Source: an uncultured bacterium | GTDB lineage: Bacteria; Zixibacteria; MSB-5A5; CAIYYT01 | Reading direction: 5' to 3' | NCBI GenBank assembly: GCA_903903945.1 | Contig: CAIVAP010000244.1 | Location: forward strand, 1-55,259 | DNA length: 55,259 nucleotides | Part shown: positions 37,927 to 48,429 of the stretch, one piece after another | Position numbering within the stretch: the stretch's first letter is position 1 | Layout: each line of letters begins with the position of its first letter | Notes under the pieces: model-generated | The model's database searches: none | What the model saw: only the letters and a program-made list of their open reading frames with translations | What the model was told of the DNA's origin: nothing | Program-made: the position numbers and the translations under genes

Positions 37927-39858
37927 ATGGAACTGATCTGGTTGATACCGCTTGTCCCGCTGGCCGGCTTCCTGTTGAACGGTTTGCTCGGGAAGAGCTT
38001 CAGCAAACCGGTGATCAACACGATTGCTTGCGGCTCAGTTGCGGTGTCGTTCCTGTTGTCTCTAAATGCCTTCTTCGGCCTGTTGCGTTTGGCGCCGGAG
38101 AGCCGCAGTGTCGAGTATATTCTCTTTTCCTGGATTCCCTCCGGCTCCTTTAACGCCGACGTCGGTTTCTTGCTCGACCCGCTTTCGGCGGTGATGATTC
38201 TGGTCGTCTCCGGAGTCGGATTGTTGATTCATATCTATTCCGTTGGCTATATGGCACACGACGAGGGCTACTCGCGTTTCTTCACCTACCTGAATCTCTT
38301 TATGGCCTCGATGCTGATCCTCGTGCTGGCAAACAATTTTGTACTGATGTATGTCGGTTGGGAAGGTGTCGGCTTGTGCTCCTATCTGCTTATAGGCTTC
38401 TGGTATGAAAAGCGTTCCGCCACGGATGCCGGCAAGAAAGCGTTCATCGTCAATCGTATCGGTGACTTCGGCTTTGCGCTCGGCATCATGCTCCTTTTCT
38501 GGACCATCGGATCAGTACACTTTTCCACTGTCTTCGATCTCGCGCCCCAGCAGTTGGCTTACGGCGGTGGCATCGTCACAGCCGCAACATTGCTTCTGTT
38601 CCTCGGCGCTGTCGGCAAGTCGGCTCAAGTACCGTTGTATGTCTGGCTTCCCGACGCGATGGAAGGCCCGACGCCGGTTTCCGCATTGATTCACGCTGCC
38701 ACCATGGTCACAGCCGGAGTTTACATGGTCGCGCGCTGCAACGTCCTCTATATGATGGCGCCGACTACGTTGCTCGTCGTCGCCATTGTCGGAATGTTCA
38801 CTGCCTTCTATGCCGCAACCATCGGTCTCTTCCAAAATGATATCAAGCGCGTGCTGGCATACTCGACCATCAGCCAGCTTGGCTACATGTTCGTGGCTTG
38901 CGGAGTAGCCGCCTTTGGCGCCGGCATCTTTCATCTGATGACCCACGCCTTCTTCAAAGCCCTCCTGTTCCTCGGCGCCGGCTCCGTTATTCATGCCATG
39001 AGTGGCGAGCAGGATATGCGTCGCATGGGGGGACTCAAGAGCAAATTGCCGGTTACTTACACGACTATGCTCATTGCGACTCTGGCCATCTCCGGCATTC
39101 CGCTTTTTTCGGGATTCTTCTCGAAAGATGAAATCCTGTGGCAAGCGTTCTCATCGCCGTTCGGCTCACCGTTGCTCTGGGTGGTTGGCCTTCTGACAGC
39201 CGGTCTGACCGCTTTCTATATGTTCCGCCTGATCTACCTGACATTTTTCGGGCAGCGACGTTATGATGACCACGTCGCCTCGCACTTGCGCGAATCACCG
39301 AAAGTTATGACCGTACCTCTGATGATCCTGGCGGTGCTGTCGGTCATCGGCGGCTATGTCGGCCTGCCCAAAGCGCTCCTTGGTGGGGCTTGGTTCGAGC
39401 ATTTCTTGCACCCTGTTTTTGCCAAAGGCGCTGAAATCGGCAAGCTCGCCGAAGGGGCAGGGGAGTCACATGCGACTGAGTACGCGCTCATGCTTGCTGC
39501 GGTAGCGTTCGTGGTAGTCATGATCTTCACCGCAAAGCGCTACTACCTCGATCGCGCCAAGAACTCGGAACAATTTGAGCATGGATTCGGCGGTTTGTAC
39601 AAGCTGGTCTACAACAAGTATTTCATCGATGAACTATATGACAAGATCATCGTCAATCCGCTGGTCAAAGGATCGAATCTGCTCTGGCAGAAGTTCGACG
39701 TTCTGATCATCGACGGCTTCTTCAACGGCGCGGCTTGGCTCGCCGGTCAATGGGCGATCAGCATGCGCAAGCTGCAAACTGGTATGGTTCGCAGTTATGC
39801 TTTTGTCTTCCTCGGCGGCGCGATATTTGTAATTGGCTATTTGATTTTGAGTAGATAG
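37927..39858 (+). CDS. nuoL: NADH-quinone oxidoreductase subunit L
   Basis: GWEGVGLCSYLLIGFW, WLPDAMEGPTPVSALIHAATMV, HAFFKALLFL. Confidence 0.97.
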   Translation: MELIWLIPLVPLAGFLLNGLLGKSFSKPVINTIACGSVAVSFLLSLNAFFGLLRLAPESRSVEYILFSWIPSGSFNADVGFLLDPLSAVMILVVSGVGLLIHIYSVGYMAHDEGYSRFFTYLNLFMASMLILVLANNFVLMYVGWEGVGLCSYLLIGFWYEKRSATDAGKKAFIVNRIGDFGFALGIMLLFWTIGSVHFSTVFDLAPQQLAYGGGIVTAATLLLFLGAVGKSAQVPLYVWLPDAMEGPTPVSALIHAATMVTAGVYMVARCNVLYMMAPTTLLVVAIVGMFTAFYAATIGLFQNDIKRVLAYSTISQLGYMFVACGVAAFGAGIFHLMTHAFFKALLFLGAGSVIHAMSGEQDMRRMGGLKSKLPVTYTTMLIATLAISGIPLFSGFFSKDEILWQAFSSPFGSPLLWVVGLLTAGLTAFYMFRLIYLTFFGQRRYDDHVASHLRESPKVMTVPLMILAVLSVIGGYVGLPKALLGGAWFEHFLHPVFAKGAEIGKLAEGAGESHATEYALMLAAVAFVVVMIFTAKRYYLDRAKNSEQFEHGFGGLYKLVYNKYFIDELYDKIIVNPLVKGSNLLWQKFDVLIIDGFFNGAAWLAGQWAISMRKLQTGMVRSYAFVFLGGAIFVIGYLILSR

Positions 39859-39860
39859 AG

Positions 39861-41417
39861 ATGAACGAACAGATATTGACCATCGTAACCTTTCTGCCGA
39901 CTTTCGGCGCCCTGATTCTGCTTTTCCTGCGCGAGGAGATGAAGCAGGCGATCAAGGTTACGGCATTCGTTACGGCGTTGATCACTTTCCTGATCTCGAC
40001 CTATCTCTATTTCAATTTCCAACCCGATACTGCCGCGATGCAATTCGTGATCAACAAACCGTGGATTAAAGCTCTCGGTGTTAACTACCATCTCGGTGTT
40101 GACGGAATCAGCCTGTTCCTTGTGCTGCTGACGACTTTGCTCACGGCGATTTCGATTCTCTCCTCCTGGACGTCAGTCGGGGACCGCGTCAAGGGTTTCA
40201 TGGTATCGCTGTTGATTCTGGAAACCGGCATGCTCGGCGTGTTCGTCTCACTTGATCTGTTCCTATTCTACATCTTCTGGGAAGTTATGCTGATTCCGAT
40301 GTATTTCCTGATTGGTATTTGGGGGGGAATCAATCGCATCTATGCCGCGATCAAATTCGTGCTCTTCACGATGTTCGGCTCGCTACTTATGCTGGTTGCG
40401 ATCGTTGCGCTCTATGCCATTCGCTACAAGGCAACCGGCGTCTGGTCGTTTGATTTACTGTCATATTATGATCTCAGGATTCCTCTCGGCGCACAGAATT
40501 GGCTCTTTATCGCCTTTGCATTGGCATTCCTGATCAAGGTTCCGATGTTCCCCTTCCACACCTGGTTACCTGACGCGCACGTGCAGGCGCCGACCGCCGG
40601 ATCCGTAATTCTTGCGGGCGTGCTGCTGAAAATGGGCACTTACGGTTTCCTGCGTTACTGCATTCCGATGTTCCCTAATGCTTTTGATACCTTTATGCCA
40701 CTTTTGGCAGTGCTGGCTCTGATCGGAATCATCTATGGCGCGTTAGTAGCTATGGTGCAGAAGGATGTCAAATCACTGGTGGCGTTTTCATCTGTCGCGC
40801 ACATGGGGTTCGTCATGATCGGTATGTTCGCTCTCAACATGATAGGCCTACAGGGTTCGATTTTGCAGATGCTCAACCACGGAATCTCCACCGGCGCACT
40901 CTTCTTGATCGTCGGCATGATTTACGAGCGGCGACACACGCGACTTATCGAGGACTTCGGCGGCATTTTCAAGGTCATGCCGATTTTCGCGACCTTCTTT
41001 ATGATTGTCACGCTTTCATCAATCGGTCTGCCCGGTACCAACGGCTTTGTTGGTGAGTTTTTGATCTTACTCGGCACCTTTGGTCTGAACAAGGTCTATG
41101 CCGTCATCGCCACCGCAGGTATCATTCTTGCCGCAGTTTACATGCTCTGGATGTTCCAGCGTGTGATGTTCGGAAAGTGCGAAAAACCAGAGAACCAGAA
41201 ACTGATCGATATCAATCTGCGCGAGAAACTGGTGCTTCTGCCATTGATCATACTGATTTTCTGGATCGGTCTCTATCCGAAACCGTTCCTCAACGCCATG
41301 GCGCCGTCAGTTGAGAACCTGATAGAACAGACTACGGCTAAGAAGATGCACCTGTCGCAGTTCGCAGTTCCCGACAAAGGATGGCAGATTGCGACCGCAA
41401 CCCAAATAGAGGAGTGA
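39861..41417 (+). CDS. nuoM: NADH-quinone oxidoreductase subunit M
   Basis: FWEVMLIPMYFLIG, PFHTWLPDAHVQAP, LLKMGTYG. Confidence 0.97.
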   Translation: MNEQILTIVTFLPTFGALILLFLREEMKQAIKVTAFVTALITFLISTYLYFNFQPDTAAMQFVINKPWIKALGVNYHLGVDGISLFLVLLTTLLTAISILSSWTSVGDRVKGFMVSLLILETGMLGVFVSLDLFLFYIFWEVMLIPMYFLIGIWGGINRIYAAIKFVLFTMFGSLLMLVAIVALYAIRYKATGVWSFDLLSYYDLRIPLGAQNWLFIAFALAFLIKVPMFPFHTWLPDAHVQAPTAGSVILAGVLLKMGTYGFLRYCIPMFPNAFDTFMPLLAVLALIGIIYGALVAMVQKDVKSLVAFSSVAHMGFVMIGMFALNMIGLQGSILQMLNHGISTGALFLIVGMIYERRHTRLIEDFGGIFKVMPIFATFFMIVTLSSIGLPGTNGFVGEFLILLGTFGLNKVYAVIATAGIILAAVYMLWMFQRVMFGKCEKPENQKLIDINLREKLVLLPLIILIFWIGLYPKPFLNAMAPSVENLIEQTTAKKMHLSQFAVPDKGWQIATATQIEE

Positions 41418-41420
41418 GGG

Positions 41421-41645
41421 ATGGCCAAAGTCAAAATCTATACGAAGGTTGGCTGCCCACATTGTGAGGCTGCCAAGGACGATTTCAAAAAGCGCGGCGT
41501 CGTCTATGAAGAGATCGACGTCCACACCGTTCCCGGCGCCGCCGAGGAAGCGCTGAAATTAGCCGGTGGCAAGAAAATAGTGCCGGTAATTGTCGAGAAT
41601 GGCAAAGTCACACTCGGCTTCTGTGGCGGATCATGAGGATTCTAA
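41421..41645 (+). CDS. Glutaredoxin-like Uxx-star family protein; probable Sec at TGA 41634-41636 (…GFCGGS-U-GF-stop)
   Basis: CPHC and VPVI motifs. TGA is followed by GGA TTC TAA. Hairpin CTAACTG-ACGG-CAGTTAG just downstream. Confidence 0.8.
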
Positions 41646-41692
41646 CTGACGGCAGTTAGCCGTCTTAAATAGAGTTGTTAAAGAGATAGTTG

Positions 41693-43147
41693 ATGAACTT
41701 TCCAAACGTTGATTTCGCGCTTTTGTCCCCGTCCTTGATCGTCTGTATCACGGCGCTTTTGACAATGCTCCTTGTGCCGTTCCTTGGTGAAAAGCGGCAA
41801 GCAGTCGTAGCGCATTTGAGCTGGATCGGTCTGTCCATCGCGTTAGTAGCCGTATCACAGCAGATTGGCAAGAACATCACGACTTTCGGCGGTATGTTCC
41901 TCGGCGATGACTTCAGCCAGTTTTTCAACGGTATCTTCATCGTTGCCGCCATGCTGACCATCTTCACGTCGATCGATTACCTCCGTCGCAAGGACAACGA
42001 GCACGGCGAATACTACCCGCTGATCCTTTTTGCCACCTATGGTATGATGGTGATGGCATCTTCCTCGAACCTGCTCGTCATCTTCCTTGGTCTGGAAATC
42101 ATGTCTGTCTCATTATATGTGCTCGCTGGTTTTGCGCGCACCGAGTTGAAATCAACCGAGGCAGCCATCAAGTATTTCCTGTTGGGCGCTTTTGCTACCG
42201 GCTTCACCGTATTTGGCATCGCCTTTGTCTATGGCGTAACCGGCACGTTCGATGTCGCCGGCATCATCAATGCCGCTTTCGGTCAGTCCAACGTCGACAC
42301 CTTCCTGATCATCGGTGGCGCACTGCTGTTGATTGGCTTTGGCTTCAAGGTGGCTGCGGTGCCTTTCCACATGTGGGCGCCCGATGCCTACGAAGGGGCG
42401 CCGTCACCGATCACCGGTTTTATGTCGGCGGGTCCAAAAGCCGCCGCCTTCGCTGCGATGTTGCGCATTTTCAGTGTGGGGTTCGGCGGCACTGTTCCGC
42501 ACCTACAAACGCTGTTCTGGATTTTGGCGGTCGTGACTATGACGATAGGGAACATCATGGCGATTCGGCAGAACAGCATCAAGCGGATGCTCGCCTTCTC
42601 TTCAATTGCCCATGCCGGTTATATTCTCATCGCACTCGTCGTAGGCAGTGGCGAAGCATCATCCGCTGCGGCGTTGTATCTGCTGGCCTACGCTCTGACG
42701 AATCTGGGGGCATTTATGGTTATTGCGCTGGTTGACTCCGGCACGAAGCACGACGAATTTACCAGTATCGACACTTACACAGGTCTCGCTCGCAAGCGGC
42801 CGTATCTCGGACTGGCGCTAACGTTGTTCATGCTTTCGCTGGCCGGTTTCCCGCCGACTGCGGGCTTTATGGGTAAGTTCGTTCTTTTCAAAGCCGCCGT
42901 CAGCCAGGGTTTTTATATACTGGTCGTAATCGCGGTGCTCAATAGTCTGGTGTCGGTGTTCTACTATCTGCGTGTCGTTGTCAAAATGTTCATGACCGAA
43001 CCGGATGGTCAACCAATTGAGATTCCCGCTGTGCCGGTATTCCTAATGGTCGCGCTGGCGTTTGCCGTTGCCGCTGTCCTGCTCATCGGCGTCTATCCCC
43101 AGGGCTGGTTCAATTTCGCCGGTCTCACCATCCTCGGCGCCAACTGA
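41693..43147 (+). CDS. nuoN: NADH-quinone oxidoreductase subunit N
   Basis: EAAIKYFLLG, FKVAAVPFHMWAPDAYEGAP, SLAGFPPTAGF. Confidence 0.97.
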   Translation: MNFPNVDFALLSPSLIVCITALLTMLLVPFLGEKRQAVVAHLSWIGLSIALVAVSQQIGKNITTFGGMFLGDDFSQFFNGIFIVAAMLTIFTSIDYLRRKDNEHGEYYPLILFATYGMMVMASSSNLLVIFLGLEIMSVSLYVLAGFARTELKSTEAAIKYFLLGAFATGFTVFGIAFVYGVTGTFDVAGIINAAFGQSNVDTFLIIGGALLLIGFGFKVAAVPFHMWAPDAYEGAPSPITGFMSAGPKAAAFAAMLRIFSVGFGGTVPHLQTLFWILAVVTMTIGNIMAIRQNSIKRMLAFSSIAHAGYILIALVVGSGEASSAAALYLLAYALTNLGAFMVIALVDSGTKHDEFTSIDTYTGLARKRPYLGLALTLFMLSLAGFPPTAGFMGKFVLFKAAVSQGFYILVVIAVLNSLVSVFYYLRVVVKMFMTEPDGQPIEIPAVPVFLMVALAFAVAAVLLIGVYPQGWFNFAGLTILGAN

Positions 43148-43156
43148 TTCATCTAC

Positions 43157-43993
43157 TCATCTGCAGCGAACCGCTCTCACCTTACGTAACACATCAACAT
43201 TGCTCAGTGGTCTATCTATCAGGCCAAATCCTCCCGCAGACCGTATGTCGTTGTCGGTAATTCGCATGCTCGGATCACCCAGAAACAAGAAAGGTAATCC
43301 GGGGCAAAATTCCTGCGTACTGAGCATCAGATCAAGTCCCGTCATGTCGTGCAACGCCAATTCGGAGATTACCAAACGGAACTGTGATGTCTTCAGGATA
43401 GCGGATGCCTCCGCGCCGGTTGTGGCTGTGACAATCTGGAGACCGGCTGCTTCAAGGTCCCGCACGAGCATCTCCTTCTGGAGTTTATCATCCGTGACCA
43501 GCAGCACCACACCCTTGCTGCGTTCGAGGGTGCGGTGAACACGTGCGAGCAAGGACTCGGCATTGAACGGCTTGGCTAGATAGTCCACAGCTCCCAGCTT
43601 AATGGCTCGTGTAACAAAATCACCGTAGGAGCAACTTGTGAATACGATAACGGGAATATTGTGGAATCGAAGATTCTCTTTAATGAAAGTCAGAACCGCA
43701 AATCCGTCTTCACCGGGCATCCGCAGATCGGTAATCACCAGACAGATGTCGGAGCCCGCTTGCAGCAGTTCCTTTCCTTCTCTGACCGATGTCGCCGTGA
43801 GCACTCGAAAGCCATCATTGGTGAGGATATGAGTAGCCAATTCCAGCGAGGACGGTTCATCATCGATGACCAGAATCGTTTTGCGGCCAATCTCCCCGGA
43901 TGACCGTTTCCTGCGAGACAGGTGCTGCGCGAGTTTCCGACCCTCCTCCTTACCCAGTTGTACCAGCAGCATTCTGCGATAGTGGGATTTCAT
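43157..43993 (-). CDS. Response regulator with two receiver domains (second degenerate)
   Basis: ILVIDDE...ITDLRMPG...AKP; second domain has VTDD...ISELAL. Start uncertain. Confidence 0.8.
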   Translation of the reverse strand: MKSHYRRMLLVQLGKEEGRKLAQHLSRRKRSSGEIGRKTILVIDDEPSSLELATHILTNDGFRVLTATSVREGKELLQAGSDICLVITDLRMPGEDGFAVLTFIKENLRFHNIPVIVFTSCSYGDFVTRAIKLGAVDYLAKPFNAESLLARVHRTLERSKGVVLLVTDDKLQKEMLVRDLEAAGLQIVTATTGAEASAILKTSQFRLVISELALHDMTGLDLMLSTQEFCPGLPFLFLGDPSMRITDNDIRSAGGFGLIDRPLSNVDVLRKVRAVRCR

Positions 43994-44203
43994 GCTGGTA
44001 TCGAGTATGCGCAATCGATTCTCTCTTGGCAAATTGACTTGGTTGTCGGGCGATGCACGGGCATTCGCGCCCGCTGTCTGCTAGTCTGACATTCTTATTA
44101 TGATTATCGACACTTTTGCTTTCAAACGCTGCACTTGTTCAAAAGTACCCGCTGCGCTTCCACGGCCATGTGCGCTGCTCGTTTTGTGAACAAAAGTGAT
44201 CGA

Positions 44204-45502
44204 TCACTGCACAGGTGAATCGCAGAATTTGCGCATGCGCTCCATTCCCATGCTCCTCCCGGCAATCCATCCCGTCGTCCAGGCACTCTGGAAGTTGTAG
44301 CCCCCCGTAATTCCGTCAATGTCCAAGATTTCACCGGCAAAAAACAAACCGGGGCAGATGCGGCTTTCCATGGTGCGAAAATCGACTTCCCTCAGATCAA
44401 CACCGCCGCACGTCACAAACTCGTCCTTAAACTCACCCTTGCCAACGATCCGAAATCGCCCTTCGGTTAACTCCGTCGCTATTTGCTTCATTGCTGCACG
44501 AGTGCAATGTGACCACGTCACACTCTTGTCGACGTCGGCCAAGCTGACGATCCGCTCCCAGAATCGCCGTGGAAGTGGTAGGAGACTACCGGTCATAACA
44601 ACGCGTTTCGGATGTTGCTCGCGATAGGCGTGAAATTCCGCCAGCAATGAATTGACATCGTGATCCGAAATCCAATTGACCAACAAATCCGCCTGATACC
44701 GACTCGCAAACAGCTGCCGTGCTCCAAACGCCGACAACTTCAATACCGCTGGCCCACTCAAACCCCAGTGTGTGACAAGCACAGGTCCGGTCTGTTCCAG
44801 ACGCTTTTTTCCCTCCGTCAACAACGTGAGTCTGACGGCGGGAAAGCTCAGTCCGGAAAGCTGCGTCAACCACGGATCTTTGATACTGAACGTGAACAAC
44901 GACGGCACGCATGGCACGATCTTATGTCCCAGCATTTCCGCGAACTTGTATCCTTGCGGGCTTGAACCGGTTGCGAGCAGTACCCGGTCGAAGCGCAATC
45001 TCTCGCCGTCTTTGAACTCCAGTTCAATCTGCGATCGTGCCATGTCATCTATTCTACGAACCGAGACGACTCTTGCTCCGGTTCGCACCACAACTCCTGC
45101 GTTCGCGGCACTCTTCTGCAGACAGTCAATAATCGTTGCTGAGAGATCGGTCACGGGAAACATGCGGCCGTCTTCCTCTGCCTTCAGCGTTGCACCGCGC
45201 CGCGCGAACCACGCCACTGTGTCGCGTGGTTGGAAACGACGGAACGCTCCCAACAGCTCCCGACTGCCGCGAGGATATCCCTTTGCCAATACCTCCGGTT
45301 CAAAACAATGATGCGTGATGTTGCACCGCCCACCTCCAGAAATTCCGACTTTGTACAGCGGCTGCCGCGTCCCCTCGAAGATTGTCACTTCCACGTTTTC
45401 ATGTTGCTCGGCGCAGGCAATCGCCCCGAAATATCCTGCCGCTCCGCCACCGATGACAGCAACGCGAAAGGAAACTTGTGATCGTCTCTGTCGTGAGTTC
45501 AT
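44204..45502 (-). CDS. HI0933/BaiN-family flavoprotein oxidoreductase
   Basis: VIGGGAAG, ISGGGRCNIT, GRMFP, THWGLSGP, GITGGYNFQSAW. Confidence 0.93.
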   Translation of the reverse strand: MNSRQRRSQVSFRVAVIGGGAAGYFGAIACAEQHENVEVTIFEGTRQPLYKVGISGGGRCNITHHCFEPEVLAKGYPRGSRELLGAFRRFQPRDTVAWFARRGATLKAEEDGRMFPVTDLSATIIDCLQKSAANAGVVVRTGARVVSVRRIDDMARSQIELEFKDGERLRFDRVLLATGSSPQGYKFAEMLGHKIVPCVPSLFTFSIKDPWLTQLSGLSFPAVRLTLLTEGKKRLEQTGPVLVTHWGLSGPAVLKLSAFGARQLFASRYQADLLVNWISDHDVNSLLAEFHAYREQHPKRVVMTGSLLPLPRRFWERIVSLADVDKSVTWSHCTRAAMKQIATELTEGRFRIVGKGEFKDEFVTCGGVDLREVDFRTMESRICPGLFFAGEILDIDGITGGYNFQSAWTTGWIAGRSMGMERMRKFCDSPVQ

Positions 45503-45605
45503 AAAGACTAATCTAATCAAATCGGGGACAAAACGCCTGCGCGTTGTTGTGGAGGAAGCACCGGATGCTGTTGATCTGACTATTCGCAGAAACTCTGAGG
45601 TTTGG

Positions 45606-45808
45606 GCGCCGGCAGGAATTCTGAGGTTGTCTCGTAAGTTCCTTTCCCTCACCCATACACCCCTCTCCCAGTGGGAGAGGGGAAGGGGAGAGGGTGTATG
45701 GTGTTGCGACGCCATGATCTCGCGCAACATTCTCGACCATCACGATCGCTGTTCACAACTGTACTCCGACTTGTGGGACAACCTCCGGATTCTTGACGAC
45801 GCCTGAAG
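45606..45808. repeat. MITE-like element, second copy, with different internal palindrome
   Basis: GCGCCGGCAGGAAT.CTGAGG and CCGACTTGTGGGACA.CCTC.GG.TTC.TGA.GACGCCTGAAG ends match 17918-18138. Confidence 0.7.
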
Positions 45809-45898
45809 GCTCTGAGAGCTAATGTGGTAGGAGCGGCTTCAGCCGCGACTTGGTAAGCTATGATAGCACTGATTGCGGAGCGGACATTCCCGCAGCAG

Positions 45899-47377
45899 CT
45901 ATAGCGACGCCTTGACCTTCGGCTTTTTCTGCCCGGCATCGCCGCCGGTTTTCTTGTCACTAGAGCGACCGCGTTGTTCTGCGCCACTCTCGAGCCCCAG
46001 CTTGCCGTTGCGATTCTCGACGTTGGTAGGGTACCTGCCCGAAAAGCAAGCGACACAGAAATCTTCCTTGGGCAGCGAGTTCATCGACAGCATCGCGTCA
46101 ATCGACAGGTAACCGATCGAATCGACACCGAGATGCTTTCCGATGTCCTCCACCGACATATGTGAGGCGATCAATTCCTCTTTGGTAGGCATATCGATAC
46201 CGTAGAAACAGGGGGATATGATCGGCGGGGAAGATATCCGCAAATGAATTTCTTTGGCGCCGGCATCGCGCAACATCTGGATCAGCTTTTTCATAGTTGT
46301 GCCGCGCACTATCGAATCGTCCACGACGACCACGCGCCTGTCCTTGAGCACGCCTTTGACCGGATTGAATTTAACCTTCACGTCCAGATCGCGGATATCC
46401 TGCTTCGGATCGATAAACGTTCTGCCAACATAGTGGTTGCGGATGAAGCCAAACTCAAACGGTATCTTCGACTGTTCCGAAAAACCGAGCGTCGCGGTGT
46501 TGGATGAATCGGGAACAGAGATGACGATGTCCGCCTCCGCCGGATGCTGCAACGCCAGATACCTGCCGAGACGCCGCCTGATCTTGTCGACATTCTCACC
46601 GAAGATTTTTGAATCCGGTCGCGCGAAATAGATAAACTCGAAAATGCAGAAAGCGTGCTTGGTCTCCCTGAATGGGAAAAACGATTTCAGCCCAGCTTCT
46701 GTTATCTCGACGATTTCGCCAGGCAACACATCGCGCACGTATTCCGCGCCGATGATATCAAACGAGCAAGTCTCTGAGGCAATCACCCAACTTGATCCCA
46801 ACCGACCCAAGGCCAGCGGCCGAAACCCATGCGGATCGCGCGCCGCCACCAGCGTGTCCTTGTCCAGAAAGAGCATACTGTAGGCGCCCTGCACCCGCTT
46901 CAGCGCGTCGGCGATCATCTCCGCCAACGTCCTCTTCTTACTCTTGGCGATCAGGTGCAGCGGAATCTCCGTATCTGATGTAGTCTGAAAGATGGAGCCC
47001 GACTGTTCCAGATGTCTCTTGAGCGATTCCGCGTTCGTGAGATTACCGTTGTGCGCCGCTGCCAGCTTCTCGCCCTTGAAGGTTATCACCAGCGGCTGGA
47101 CGTTGCGCAGCGTCGATGATCCGGCTGTTGAATAGCGATTGTGGCCGATTGCCCGATCACCCTTTAGCTCGGTAAGCCGTTCCTGACGATTAAACACCTC
47201 CGCAACCTCACCCTGCCCGCGAACTTCGTGCAACTCTTTACCGTCAAAGGTGACGATTCCGGCGCCTTCCTGCCCGCGATGCTGCAACGCATAGAGACCA
47301 AAGTAGGTCATCTGTGCCGCATTCTTTGCCCCGAAGATTCCGAAAACACCGCATTCACAACGAATATCGTCTGACAT
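45899..47377 (-). CDS. purF: Amidophosphoribosyltransferase
   Basis: CECGVFG, LQHRGQE, GHNRYST, CIFEFIYFARPDS, VVVDDSIVRGTT. Confidence 0.97.
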   Translation of the reverse strand: MSDDIRCECGVFGIFGAKNAAQMTYFGLYALQHRGQEGAGIVTFDGKELHEVRGQGEVAEVFNRQERLTELKGDRAIGHNRYSTAGSSTLRNVQPLVITFKGEKLAAAHNGNLTNAESLKRHLEQSGSIFQTTSDTEIPLHLIAKSKKRTLAEMIADALKRVQGAYSMLFLDKDTLVAARDPHGFRPLALGRLGSSWVIASETCSFDIIGAEYVRDVLPGEIVEITEAGLKSFFPFRETKHAFCIFEFIYFARPDSKIFGENVDKIRRRLGRYLALQHPAEADIVISVPDSSNTATLGFSEQSKIPFEFGFIRNHYVGRTFIDPKQDIRDLDVKVKFNPVKGVLKDRRVVVVDDSIVRGTTMKKLIQMLRDAGAKEIHLRISSPPIISPCFYGIDMPTKEELIASHMSVEDIGKHLGVDSIGYLSIDAMLSMNSLPKEDFCVACFSGRYPTNVENRNGKLGLESGAEQRGRSSDKKTGGDAGQKKPKVKASL

Positions 47378-47688
47378 TTCCGCTCCAAGAAAAGCACTCA
47401 ATTTAGGTTCTTCGCGACGCAAGTCAAGGTTTTAACTCATTGCTATGCACAAACAATACGCACGCCGCAAATGGCTTGGGCTGCACTAAAGGTGAAGCTA
47501 CCTGCATATCTTTTTTGGATTCTGGCCGCTCAGACGTTATATTACTTCTGGTCGGCAGAATCGTGGTCTTCCTATTCTGTTGATAATGAAAGGGATACCT
47601 GAGACGATCTACTTCTTGGGCAAGTGGCAAATCCCTTGAGACCAATAAACAACTGCGGCACAGCGTTTGCGTTTTCCACTCCTTGAGT

Positions 47689-48429
47689 ATGAGCGAGAAT
47701 CGAGACAATCTCAAGTACCAGTCCTTGCGGAAGATATTGAGCGCTCCGCAAGACCCCAAAGCGGCGCATCAGGTCCTCCACGAAGCCCTGACCGCGGCAG
47801 TCGAAGCCCTCGGCATTGCCGCCGCCTCGATTGTAATTATCAACAAAGGTGGCAAGCGTCTCCTTGACGTGCGCGAGGGGGAGCCGGTGCTCTTGACCTT
47901 GCTTGGCTCTCTGGAAGAACGGATGCTTGTTTCCTTGCGTGCCGACTTCGGTCTCGAAAATATCTATTCGACGCTGAATCATGACGGCGAGAAATCGCTG
48001 TTTTCCTATATGATCAAAGCCGGCAGCGAGAGTCTCGGCGCCGTGTCCGGCATATGCAAGGGAAGTCGCAACATTGCGCTGGAAGAGGAGTTTATCGAAG
48101 TCGTCGCCACGGCTCTAAGATATCTCTTCGGGCAGGCCGGATTGATCGACCTGGCGCGCATCGAGGCGGTCAAGGAAACCACTATTACTCTGAACCACGA
48201 GATCAACAACCCGCTAACCGCGGTCCTTGGTAATGTACAGCTTCTCTTGATGAAGGGATCAGAATTGCCGGAGGATGTACGCGCCCGCCTGGTGATGATT
48301 GAGCAAAGCAGCCTGCGCATCCGAGACGCCGTCAGTAAGCTTCTCAAAATCAAAGACGCCAAGTCGACAACTTATCTCGACGACACCAAAATGATCGATC
48401 TTCATGACTCAGAGGAGTCAGACAAGTAA
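47689..48429 (+). CDS. Sensor-like domain + HisKA dimerisation/phosphoacceptor protein lacking HATPase
   Basis: TLNHEINNPLTAV H-box; the protein ends soon after it. Confidence 0.75.
   Translation: MSENRDNLKYQSLRKILSAPQDPKAAHQVLHEALTAAVEALGIAAASIVIINKGGKRLLDVREGEPVLLTLLGSLEERMLVSLRADFGLENIYSTLNHDGEKSLFSYMIKAGSESLGAVSGICKGSRNIALEEEFIEVVATALRYLFGQAGLIDLARIEAVKETTITLNHEINNPLTAVLGNVQLLLMKGSELPEDVRARLVMIEQSSLRIRDAVSKLLKIKDAKSTTYLDDTKMIDLHDSEESDK

Noticed and set aside
45503-45730. N-terminal extension of the HI0933-family ORF
   Set aside because: It runs through a MITE/REP sequence; the FAD-binding motif starts just after ATG 45502.
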